64,000 nt of DNA from Felis catus (lineage: Eukaryota): the NCBI RefSeq assembly GCF_018350175.1, contig NC_058382.1, positions 59,398,001-59,462,000 on the forward strand, in the 5' to 3' direction. The notes under the pieces are model-generated. The model saw only the letters and a program-made list of their open reading frames with translations. It searched no databases and had not been told where the DNA came from. Below are positions 1-10,950 of the stretch, one piece after another. The position numbers and the translations under genes were made by a program. Position 1 is the first letter of the stretch; every line of letters begins with the position of its first letter.

Positions 1-479
1 CCGCTCTTCTGGCAAATGGAGACGGCACCCTCACAGCACTGGGGACGCTGTTGTGAAGAGTCACAGCGAGCCCTCAGCCCATCACGGCTGCTGGCCATTC
101 ACAGGATGTCACAGGCTGGAGGCGTGCAAGGCTCAGCTATCGTAATAGAGCTCATGTCTCGGCCCCTTCTTCCCAGTGCTCGCCTGAAAACCCTGAGACC
201 TCACAGCTACGTCACACTCCACCCTATCACCATGGGGCGATAACGATGACGAGGTGATACAACCGCCTGCGAGGACTGTGGCAGGACTGAATGAGTTCAG
301 GTGCACCACAAGCATGGAGGGCAGCAGTACACTGGAGGAGTGGCCCCGGCTTTCCACGGTGAGGAGGAGTCTGCTTCCCTGCCCTTGAATTCAGGCTGGT
401 CGGCAACTGGCTTTGGCCCAGAGAGCAGCTGAAATAGGGGTGCTGGAGTTTTGAATGCAGCCCTCAAAGGGTCTTGCGC

Positions 480-715
480 CCTGCCCCCAGAACCTTCACC
501 GCCAGTGGGCCAGCCCAGCTGGCCTGCGGAAGGACAAGGGACCCCGTGCTGATGCAGCAGACAACCAGAGACGCTGAACGAGCCCCTCCAGGACCAGAAG
601 GACCTCCCAGCTGAGCCCAGCCCAAGCTGCTGTAGAATCACGAGTAAGTAAACGGTGGTGTTTGAAACTGTTCCACTGGCAGAGGTCTGTTACGCAGTCA
701 GATCTCATTGATAAG
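480..715 (+). mobile_element. Degenerate MaLR LTR (MLT1-type) 3' portion
   Basis: CAGCTGAGCCCAGCCCAAG...AGAATCACGAGTAAGTAAACGGTGGTGTTTGAAAC...TGTTACGCAG...TGATA resembles the MLT1F/G/H 3' end; boundaries approximate. Confidence 0.5.
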
Positions 716-1689
716 GCAAGTGATCGATCATTGGTAGCAGGTGCTGTTACCTGCTACTATTTCACTGGCAGTGATATCAGTCAGGCCTCTTGGGCCCTGG
801 GTCATCGGTCCCACAAATATCTGTACAGCTCTCGGGGCCACCAGGTTCCTCGCGCTTTTTCCACACGGTGCTGTGGTCTGCATTTCACAGCTGAGAATCA
901 GCTTCGGAAAGGGGACTGGACCCTCATCCAGGGAGTGGACAGCCAGACCAGGGCCCCAGTGGGCTCTCCCACAGTCACGGCCGGGACTCCCAGGGTGGAA
1001 GCTGTCCGGATCTTCTCTGAAGTGTGGCATTATCTGAACACTTTAAATTTCATTTTAATAACTTTGTTATTACAGGGTGAAGAGCGACAGGAATGTCTGA
1101 GTGGCGTTCTTTCTACCCTCAGTTCCACCATCCAAGTCAAACTCTGGGTTGGCCAGGACTCTGTCAGTGACAGAGCCTTACATGGTGTGGAGACCCCGTC
1201 TTTTCCACTGTCTGTGGCTCTGCCCTTCTGTGCCGATGACATCCCCAATAACGCCAGCTGTGACTGATGACCTGGGTCGTGTGACCATCCCCAAGCTGAC
1301 CCGTATGCTCAGGTGTAAACGGTGGTTACTGACAGGTCTTGGGAAAGTGTTCAAACCTGGTACACGATGGAGGACGGCCAGCCCAACCCAACTGCAAGAA
1401 AGGGTCTCCCTGGGAAAATCGGGATGTCATTGGCCAACTATGAACAGTGGTGGGGCCCCAACAGATCTGCACAGCCCCAGCTCCGGCCTCTGGTCTTGCC
1501 CCAGCCCAACGATAACCCAAAACTCCTAGAAGCAGAACGAGCCGACTCTGACCACGTCTAATCCTGGGAGCTTGTAGGTCGGAAAACGTCACACTACAAA
1601 AGATCTGGTTTCTAGATTTATTTGAGTAAATCATAACATATTTTAGCACCTTCTCACCATACTAACGTGGCTGTGGCTCCTTCAGGAAA

Positions 1690-1790
1690 GTCACATGACT
1701 TCTGGGCTCAGTTTCCTCATCCATAAACTGAAAATATTAATACTGGTACTCAAGAAGGGCCACAGATACAAAGTATTTGAGACAAACGTT
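1690..1790 (+). mobile_element. MIR SINE core fragment
   Basis: CTCAGTTTCCTCATCCATAAACTGAAAATA matches the MIR core. Confidence 0.45.
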
Positions 1791-3169
1791 CTGGCCAGAT
1801 TTGTCATTTCTTTTTCACTGTTTTGTTTTTTGTTTTTTTTTTTTTAACAGCATTTCACAAAAGTGCAGCTGAAAAGACACAGTATTTTTCTCATCTGCTT
1901 AACTTCCTAAATGGGAATCCTACTCACACCTCTGTCTACACGGTGCTGACATCCACCTCCCGGCCACTTCTCAACACTTTTCCCGTCTTTGGAAATTGGT
2001 ATTTCTTGGAGGGCAGTTTGACTGCTGGCAAGAGTCATAAGCAGACGGCTTTGGTTCACTGCCAAAGATCAAAAGCAGCTCAGAGAATCAGACAGAAGAA
2101 TGTCAGGTCACACATCAGCCTCACGACGAGCCGCAAAACCCGAAGACAGAGGATCAATCTGCTCCCCACAAATCCAACAGTGAAGGTGTGTAGCTTGAAA
2201 AGGCATCTGAAGAGAGGACACAGCAGGGTCCAGCCCTCCTGGGGCAAGGGCGGAGCAGGAAGGACAGCACCAGGACGGCTCACCCAGCCCTCCAACAGCC
2301 CCAGGAGATGGCTCCACTGTTACCCCCACTTTAAGGAGCAGTGAGCCGAGACGTGGAGGCCCAAGGAGGTAACCCAGAGAGAACAGGGCAGGCAGGGAAG
2401 AGGGCAGAAAGGAAAGACGTGAATTGCCTCTAAGGTTTCCACCGTCTCCTTCCTGATTTTCTGTCTTCCCTTTTGAAGGGTGAGGGCGAGGTCACTAAGA
2501 AGGAAAAATGGCCACTTCTGTAGCCAGAAGGGAATTGTTTCGTGTCCTTTACTATCTTTATCTCTATGATGGGTTATCTCTATGTTGGGTTCTCATGTCG
2601 CAAACTTTTCTCTTGGAAAAGCTGTCACTGGAATGGGTCTTGGGCCGGCTGCCATCCAAAGTCGGCCGCTGGTTTCCTAAGATGGCAGCTCGCCGCGGCC
2701 TTCCCTCCCTTCTGCGCAGCGGGAAATACAAAGACTCGCTGCCCCTCCCAGCGACGATCCCATTAAAATTCACTCTCTCCTTTCCTTGTTTCACTGTTTA
2801 TTTTACAAACGGAGACACAGTGTCTGAAAAGTCCAGTAGCTCAAAGACACACTTTTCCAGTGAAACCGAACCACCTTCCACTTTTATATCTGAAAATGAA
2901 GCAAAACCTTCCTTCAAAGGAATTTTCATCCACATGGATCTAGTTTCCAGTGGAGGTGGGAACCTCACCCACTCATCCAAAAGCCACAAACACAGGCCTC
3001 CTTCCCAGAGCCCCACATTATGTGGCTCTCCCTCTGAGGAAGCGAATACAGAATCCAGGAGGGAATGCGGGGCCAGGGAATAAGCAAGCTCTTCTGTCCT
3101 TCATGGATGACAGCTGAACTCACACCCTCAAGGAAAACGCAGACTGCTGCTTTACATATCAGTGCAGAA

Positions 3170-3935
3170 GCCAAGATTTCTTACACAGGACACAAAAAGC
3201 ACTAACCAAAAAGGAAGACTGATAAGTTGAACTTCGTCAAAATTAAAACCTCTGTTCATGCAAAGGTAAGAATTTTACAAGAAGAACCATAAGCCACAGA
3301 CGGGAGGGTGTGTGTGCAATACACGTATCTGAGAAAGAACTCAATATATAAAGAACTACAAATCAATTTAAAAAAAAAGACTAAGTAGTCAATTAAAAAA
3401 AACAAGCAAAGGGGCGCCTGGGTGGCGCAGTCGGTTAAGCGTCCGACTTCAGCCAGGTCACGATCTCGCGGTCCGGGAGCTCGAGCCCCGCGTCGGGATC
3501 TGGGCTGATGGCTCAGAGCCTGGAGCCTGTTTCGGATTCTGTGTCTCCCTCTCTCTCTGCCCCTCCCCCGTTCATGCTCTGTCTCTCTCTGTCCCAAAAA
3601 TAAATAAACGTTGAAAAAAAAAATTAAAAAAAAAATAATAAAAGCAAAACAAAAAAAACAAGCAAAAACCTCGAAGAGGCAACTTGCGAAGGATGTAAAT
3701 GATCAACAAGCATATGAAAAAGTGCTGAACATGACTTTCCACTGAGAAAACGTGAATACTGAGATAACACCGCACGTCCGCCAGAGTGGCTAAAATCCAA
3801 AAAGACGGATGACGTCAACTGCCATGGAAACACGGCACCGTGGGAATGCATGGGGCCCCCATTCCGGTTACCTGCCTGTCAATTTCTACAAAACGCAATA
3901 CGCGGCCACCCGTGAACGATCCTATTCCTGGGGGT
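3170..3935 (+). mobile_element. Old L1 (L1M) ORF2 3'-region fragment, interrupted by a Can-SINE
   Basis: GAACTTCGTCAAAATTAAAACCTCTGTTCATGCAAAGG, AATATATAAAGAACTACAAATCAAT and AACAAGCATATGAAAAAGTGCTGAACAT are typical L1 ORF2 3' motifs; no intact frame. Confidence 0.7.
3411..3650 (+). mobile_element. Young feline Can-SINE (SINEC_Fc-type), full length
   Basis: GGGGCGCCTGGGTGGCGCAGTCGGTTAAG head, (CT)n region, AATAAA/A tail; perfect 16-bp TSD AAAAAAAACAAGCAAA at 3395-3410 and 3651-3666. Confidence 0.95.
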
Positions 3936-4049
3936 GTGCGTGAGAAACGAAGGCACCCGCGTCCCTGACCCCTGTCCTGGGTCTGCTCCTGTGGGACTCC
4001 AACGCAAGACAACCTCGTTTCTGAGACAACCAGCGGTCAGGGAAAGGGC

Positions 4050-4430
4050 TCCAGAGTCAGACAGACCTCAGACTAAATGCAAGTGTTTCCAATCCTGGCT
4101 CTGTGACCTCAAGCAGGGGATTTAACTTTACTCTCCTCATCTATAAAATGGCCATAACGGGGGCGCCTGGGTGGCGCAGTCGGTTAAGCGTCCGACCTCA
4201 GCCAGGTCACGATCTCGCGGTCCGTGAGTTCGAGCCCCGCGTCAGGCTCTGGGCTGATGGCTCAGAGCCTGGAGCCTGTTTCCGATTCTGTGTCTCCCTC
4301 TCTCTCTGCCCCTGCCCCGTTCATGCTCTGTCTCTCTCTGTCCCAAAAATAAATAAACGTTGAAAAAATATATATATATTTTAAAATGGCCATAACGTTG
4401 GAACCAACTTCCACGGTTTTTGCAAGGATG
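4050..4430 (+). mobile_element. MIR fragment split by a Can-SINE
   Basis: AATCCTGGCTCTGTGACCTCAAGCAG...TTTAAC...CTCCTCATCTATAAAATGG MIR core immediately upstream of the SINE. Confidence 0.55.
4160..4381 (+). mobile_element. Young feline Can-SINE (SINEC_Fc-type), full length
   Basis: Canonical head with B-box GTTCGAGCCC; perfect 16-bp TSD TAAAATGGCCATAACG at 4144-4159 and 4382-4397. Confidence 0.95.
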
Positions 4431-5134
4431 CAACGCACGTCACAGAGCGAAAGCTGAAAAATGCTTAACATCCTTAGCGTCACTGAACTTTGGCATCAGG
4501 TCGTGCTCATTCGACAATACAGAAAACTCAAACTATTTCTTATGTTTTATATACATGGCTCTTTTTGTTTGTTTTCGTTTTGAGAGTTTGGAAGGAATTC
4601 ATCTGTAATTCTACTTGGGACAAAAGATGTTGGGGAAGGTAGCTCTTGGGACATCTGTACCCACAGGGGAAAAAAACACTAAAACGCTGTCTCTACGGAG
4701 ACCACAGGCTGTGCAAGATTAGGGGATTCTCAGAAGAGCAAATCCATCTCTGCTCTGGCAAGAAGACTGATTCATTCCACAAGTTTCTCCCAGACTAAAT
4801 TTGAGCAGAACCAAATTCCTTCTCACGAACACTTTTCTGCTCCTCTGATGAGCACGTTTTATGTGTGGAGGTTGGTCACCTTGTCTTTATGGTTACATTC
4901 TTGCCTCCTCTGTTTATTGGCATAAGGGAAAGACTATAAACCTGCTGAACGTGTTTTCTTTCTTATGTCTTTCATGTGTTATTTTGAGATCAAGACTGTG
5001 ATGTGTCCATTTAGAAAATGCCTACCTGCAGGAAAGAAAAACTTACAACAGCTGACATCTTTAACGCAGCCCCAAATAAACAGTAAGTAGCCTGCCTGGG
5101 AGCGGGCGGCCGGCGTGTCCTTCGACGAGTTAGG

Positions 5135-5324
5135 TCTCCTCTCTTCCTTCTTGCTCTCTTTCTCTTTCTCTCTCTTTTCTTTTTCTTTTCTTTTCTTTCT
5201 TCCTTCTCTTTCTTTCCTCCCTTTCTTTCTTCTTTCCTCTTTCTTCTTTCTTTCCTCCCTTTCTTTCTTTCCTTCTGTTTCTTTTTTTCTTTCTTCTCCT
5301 TTTCTCCCTTTCTCTTTCCTTTTT

Positions 5325-5373
<49 letters not shown>

Positions 5374-5417
5374 TCTTTCTTTCCTCCCTTTTTCTTTCCT
5401 TCTCTTTCCTCTTTTTC

Positions 5418-5464
<47 letters not shown>

Positions 5465-5511
5465 CCTCTTTCTTCCCTCCCTTTTTCTTTCCCTCTCTTT
5501 CCTCTTTTTCC

Positions 5512-5569
<58 letters not shown>

Positions 5570-5620
5570 CTCTTCCTCCTCCCTCCTTTCTCTCCCCCCA
5601 CTTTCTTTCTTCTTTTCCTC
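5135..5620. repeat. Compound (TTTC)n polypyrimidine STR
   Basis: Three long (TTTC)n blocks separated by related CT-rich spacers; 5278-5599 has no purine on +. Confidence 0.95.
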
Positions 5621-5749
5621 CGCATCCTCGCTGGTATTACCTTGAGAAATACTAGGCTCAGAGTATATGCCAGCTTCATTACAAACAACAGACATACAAG
5701 AAAAGCGGGTCACAGAAGCATGATAGGCCAGCTGTGGCCGTCGGGGCTC

Positions 5750-5890
5750 CAGCTCAGCTCCCACCACTCAATACCCGCCACATGATCTGGACACGCGGCC
5801 TTGCCCCTCAGAGCCGTGGTTCTGTCTTCTGTAAAGGTGGTTCCATGCCTACCTCACAGAGTTGTCAAGACACTTAAATGAGACACTGCT
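5750..5890 (+). mobile_element. MIR fragment
   Basis: TGATCTGGAC...CCCCTCAGAGCC...TTCTGTAAAGG...CCTACCTCACAGAGTTGTCAAGACACTTAAATGAGA. Confidence 0.5.
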
Positions 5891-6084
5891 GGTCCAGTGC
5901 CACCAGGCCTGGCCTCAGGAAGCTGTAGCTGTAGGACTGTTCAGTGCTTGGTCAGTGCCTGGGAAGGTGAGACTGTCACTTTCTGTTTTACTGGAGGCAT
6001 TAATTTATACTACGTATTTTGTTTCTTGTGTGGGTGCTTTTTCTCTGTGATAATGTGGAGTCATCAGTTAGGAGGCACTCTGGT

Positions 6085-6470
6085 GCAAGGAAAAGAACGC
6101 TCAAATAAAGATGGTTTAAGTAATAAAAACACGTAATTGTATCATATTTTTAAAAGTCCTAAGTAGGTGGTGCTGAGGTTGTCTTGGCAACACATTAACG
6201 TCATCCTTGCCCAGGCCCTTTGCGTCTCTCTGCTCCAGCACCCTCAACTTTTCTCCCTCACGTTATCACCTCTTGGTCCCTAGATGGCTGCTGCAACACC
6301 AGTCACCCTTAACCGCATTCAGCGGCAGGGCCGGGACAGTGAAAAAAAGAATCTCTTCTCATGACCCTTCACATGACTTCTTTTCTTTTATCAAAGAATA
6401 AAATTCTTCCCTGAAATTCTCTGCTGGCTTCCCTCCAGCTTCTTGACCAGAATGGAATCACTCCCCCACC
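6085..6470 (-). mobile_element. Old MaLR LTR (MLT1J/K/L-like) fragment
   Basis: CTTGGTCCCTAGATGGCTGCTGCAACACCAG and TTGACCAGAATGGAATCAC resemble antisense old MLT1. Confidence 0.4.
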
Positions 6471-7239
6471 CACCCACCCAGCCACCGCCGGCTTCAAGGG
6501 AGGCAGAGGAAGCACCTATCTGGCCCCTGCGAGCCTTCACAGCTGGACAAAGGCACTGGCGGGGACGGTGACACAGCTAACCAGTAGTTTCTGCTACGGG
6601 GTGTGGTGCGGTGGTGAAAATATGGGGCTCTCCTGCCCCGTGCGCTGAATGAACAGGGTGTGGGGAAGGAGGGTGGCACACTCACTGCCTCCTCCGTCGG
6701 GGTCTGGCCTCCCTGCTCACTTCCCCCGTGAGCCTGGGCAAGCACCTGACCCTCCGAGCCTCCCCTGAACAATGAGAGGCTTTGAGCCGTCTCCCCATAA
6801 ACAACACATCATGCCGATGCTTTTAAACACGTAAGAAAAGAGAATGAAGAATACGGAGGGGTGGATTATTGATCTGTCACGTTAATTACCGAGACAGCAA
6901 GCTTGCTAAGGCCTCCAAGGAGAGATCCTCTGTGGAGCTGGGTGGAGGACGCGGGACAAAGAATGGTTTTGACGGGAAAGAGACCTGAGCTGTGTGCTGA
7001 AGGGTGGGCTGCCTTGGAGCGCCAAGGGAAGGGGGCGCTCCCAGCAGGATGGAGCCAGCCAAAGGGCGGAGGTGTGGGAGAGCCCATGTTGGCTTGGAGG
7101 TGAGTAAAGAGACAGACTTTACCTAAAACACCTTATCAGTAGCCTGTTGCGCCCAAAACTAGCCACTCCAGATGTTTTAGGAAGGACAGGGTTCCGTGGT
7201 CCATTATGTCAGGTCTATTACCTTATACTCCAGCCAACA

Positions 7240-7480
7240 CACCCAGTAAAAACGTAACGCAAGCCACATAAATAATTCTGAGCTTTTTACTGGACGTGTT
7301 AAAGAAATAAAGAGAAATAAATGAAATGCATGTATTTAATCCAACACTGTATACCCAAGATACTGTCATAATCAGTAGACATTATTGATGAGATAGTCTG
7401 AATTTTTCATGGAGAAGAAAGAACACGGTGAGTCTTCGAAAGCCACTGTGTGTTTATACTCGGAGTTGTGGTCAGCGGCC
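7240..7480. mobile_element. hAT-Charlie MITE fragment (MER33/MER3-like)
   Basis: TATTTAATCCAACAC...TAATCAGTAGACATTATTGATGAGATA...GTCTTCGAAAGCCACTGTGTGTTTATAC resembles MER33. Confidence 0.4.
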
Positions 7481-8394
7481 ACGTGCTGCTGGGGGGTGGA
7501 GGCCAGGTGGGGGGAGCCCCCGCTCCTCGGGGAGACTGATAGGCAGCAACCCCCTCCTCTCATCTCCTTCCTCCTCCCTTCTCTCTTTCCTTCCTCCCTC
7601 CCTCCCTTCCCTCAGCACATCCAGCTCCAGGAACCAGCGCTGCAGAGCGTTCGCGCACAGCAGGAACTGCCAGCTAGCGCACGGCCTCTCCTGCTTTCCC
7701 CCCAAGCCGCATCCCCGCCCCCACCCCATGGCAGAGAGCAAGCAAGGACCTTGGAGGGGGTGGAAGGGAGGTATCCGTGATTTTCCCCCAAGCCAGGCTG
7801 CTGCCAGGATGGAATTTCTTTGAAGTCTTCTGTTTTATTCTAAAAAATTACAGATTCTATATTCTGCTCCAAAATATATCCATGTTTGTTTGAATATTGA
7901 AAATGTGTTACATACTTGGCATCTAGGAGAAACCGAAGCCCAGTGTATTTACATTGTAACTCTCTCTCCCATTCTGTGTACCCTCGGGGTGATGTGCACC
8001 CCGACTTAAGATGCACACGCTCACCTAATCCCCAAGCCCCCCTCAGCTCTGGGTACCCACAGCCTTCTTAAAAACTTAACTTCGACGGTCCATTCCCTTG
8101 CATTTAGGCAACCTATGAGCCTAAACAAAAAGTTTTTGTTTTGTTTTTTTGTGTTCCTTAACCATTCTAACCTAGAATAACCCACTAGCTGGAGACTTCA
8201 CTGCCAGCAACTCTTCCCACTTCTGCTGAAATATCCCCAGAAATAGCCCCTAAAATTACTCCCAGAAAATCTTTCCTCCTGGAGGAGGTGTGATTCCTCC
8301 TGAAACTATTTGTGAAAAAACAACATTTTGACAGACATTCCCAGTATGATCATAAATTTCTAGCCTTTATTAGAGGATCACCTCTAATTAAGGT

Positions 8395-8670
8395 TGTAAA
8401 TTTTATAATCATTACCAAATGTTTATGTATAAGCAAATATATTTTATATGCATAAATGTGACTAAGTTTATTATATATAATATGGTATATGTAGAATATA
8501 AAAACTGTTGTATGTAATTAATAAAAATACATTAATTGTGTAAAATAAATGTGTTTTAAATAAATAAAACATAAACATATAACATAGATATGGAAGTGTT
8601 GTAAGTACATAATAAACAAAGTATATAAAGTTAATATTTGTTTATAAATATAAAGTTAAATACTTTCAAG
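8395..8670. repeat. AT-rich low-complexity island
   Basis: Abrupt run of mostly A/T (TATA/AATA-like) in a GC-rich window. Confidence 0.8.
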
Positions 8671-9639
8671 ATCACCATAATAAGGATACCAGCAAGCGTC
8701 TCTAGCCTCCAGGGTCCCGAGACCGGAGGTGGCCATGGGCTCCCAGGCAGCACTGCTGGTCTGTGCCCCAGAAGGAGGGGTGTCCAGACTGCAGGGACCT
8801 GAGAGACCTGGAGGGCGTCGTGTGACAGGCACGTATTTTTCTAAGACGACCACCACAACTGATCCCACGTTCCTCTCACGGACGCGATGCTGACACTCCT
8901 CCCACCCCGTGCTGGGATGTCCCCTCCTCTTGAGCCTGGGGGGAACTCTGGGACCGTCTCCACCCATAAAGCACAGTGGAAACGGCCACCAAGACCAGGA
9001 GTCACTCACCTCCACGTCGTATGGCTAGTGTGCTGCCCCCGTGCTGGGAGGGCCAAGCAGCCACAGGGAAGGCCCAGTGCAGGGGCAGGGCTAACAGAGC
9101 CCAGTGGAGGCCCCCGTTAACGGCCAGCTTTACCCCCCAGACACATGGGAGAGCCAGCCCGAGGGTGACCCCAGAACCCAGCCATCAATACCTGTAGCTC
9201 TCGAGCCTCCCCAGCGGTCCCCACGCCACATGAGAGGTCCCCACGGAGCCCTCCCCGAGCTGCAGACACGTGAGCAAAAACCAGATCAAAATAACAACAA
9301 AATCAAAATGACAACACCCCCCCCCCCCCCACACACACACACACTGTGATTACGGACTGTGTGTCCCCTGTATTTGCTCTGAGCCCTTCGCACAGATAAG
9401 CCCCTCCAGGTCACAGTGGTCAGAAGCCATGGCCCAACACCTACCACCAGCTCCGAAATCACACAAGTCTCCTCCCCAATTTGCAGCACACCCACTCAGA
9501 AACAGGGCCGTCCCTGACAGGAGTAGGGAGGCTGGTCACAGCTGCGAACCCACACAGTGTGCTACAGAAAGTGAGGGAGTTTCGTTACCCAGAATGCCCA
9601 GAGTCCCACAAAGCTGTTAATGATATACAATGTAAGCAA

Positions 9640-9732
9640 TGATTTAACATTCTAAAATCCCACAAATCCTGAATTCTGAAACAGATACGGCCCCCAGGGT
9701 CTCAGATAAGGGACTCAGATAAGGGACCTGTG
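9640..9732. mobile_element. Tigger-like DNA transposon end with a 13-bp tandem duplication
   Basis: TGAATTCTGAAACAGATACGGCCCCCAGGGTCTCAGATAAGGGA...CCTGT resembles a Tigger terminus; CTCAGATAAGGGA occurs at 9701-9713 and 9714-9726. Confidence 0.4.
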
Positions 9733-10469
9733 GGGCAGACGGCTCAGGCCACGAGCCCCAGTTGTGAACAACGGAAAACAACAAGCCGGCTCGCATTCAG
9801 GGGGGCCGTGCTGGCGTTTCACGTGGCCATCTCATTACTGCTCACGTCCACCCAGGGTCAGCAAACCCGGCCTGGAGGCCACCGTGAAGCTGTCCAGCCT
9901 CCAGCCATGCTCAGCTGGGGACCAGCAGGCTGGCTGCCTGGCGAGGGCCAGATGCACGCTCCAGGCTTGGCACCGATCGTGTTTCCCAAAGCCAGCGCCC
10001 TCGCTCGCCGCTGCCGACATCAGGCTCCACATTAAACACGGGATCAGAGCTGTTTGTCACAGGATTTTCAAGGCTTTTCCCCAGCAGCTGAGAGAGAGCC
10101 TGAATTTCCCCGGAACATCGAATACAGCTGTCGGGGGCACAGCTGGGCTTGGGTGGGGACAGAGAGGATGCGGAGTGAGGAGTGGGCCAGACGTCCCTCT
10201 GCCAAGGAGGAGGAGGGGGACTCTCAGCGCAGATAAATTGCCCATGCTTCACAACCCTGGACTCTGAGTCTCTGGCCACTTTGCTCCCGAAACGCTGTGC
10301 CTTTGCAAAGAGCTTGGCTCTCCAGCACATGGGTCTGGCTGGAATCCCAACCCCGCTCCTTACTTTGGGATTTTGGACAAGGCACTAAAGTTTGTCGTGC
10401 CTCGGTTTCCCCACCCATGACACGGGGCTGTTAACAACCGTACGCATGTCATGGGGCTCCCATGGCACT

Positions 10470-10950
10470 GACACAATGAAGGACCTGAACAAGAAGGCTG
10501 GCGGAGGCTTTATTCAAAGTGTCCAAAAAAGTAGAAGTAACCCCAATGTGTGTCAGCAGGGGAACGTGCAAACACACTGGGACACGCTCTCACAACAGAA
10601 TTCTGTCCAGCAAAAGACAAGGGCAGACCCGCCACTCCCCGCCCCACGGATGGATGTCGGACTTAGGACACGTGGAAGAAGCCGACGCAGAACAGGACGC
10701 ACTGTGTGATTCCACGGATACGAAGTTCGCGGGCAGCAAAGCGACGGGCCTAGCAGTCGGGACGGTGGTAAGCTGGGGTAGGGGTGTGGACCAGGAAGGG
10801 GGACGAGGGCTCCCCGACCCACCGCGGGTGCTGGCAAGTTCTGTGTGTCTCAGGGGCACACCATGCGGTGACTCACCGGGCGGCACGCTTCACACAACAG
10901 CACTTGATTATATTTAAGCTGTGCCTCAGTTAAAAAAAAAAAAAAAAAAA
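10470..10950 (+). mobile_element. Ancient L1 (L1ME/MC-like) 3' end
   Basis: TTATTCAAAGTGTCCAAAAAAGTAGAAGTAACCCCAATGT...CACTGTGTGATTCCACGGATACGAAGTTC, ending in poly(A) at 10932-10949. Confidence 0.55.

Noticed and set aside
662..3083. 170-200-aa ORFs at 662, 1823 and 2508
   Set aside because: No recognisable family; two have non-ATG starts and overlap repeat or low-complexity sequence
3411..3500. tRNA-like A/B boxes (also at every other SINE head)
   Set aside because: These are tRNA-derived Can-SINE heads followed by (CT)n and poly(A), not tRNA genes
4979..5767. K/E/R-rich and F/L/S-rich ORFs
   Set aside because: Translations of the (TTTC)n tract
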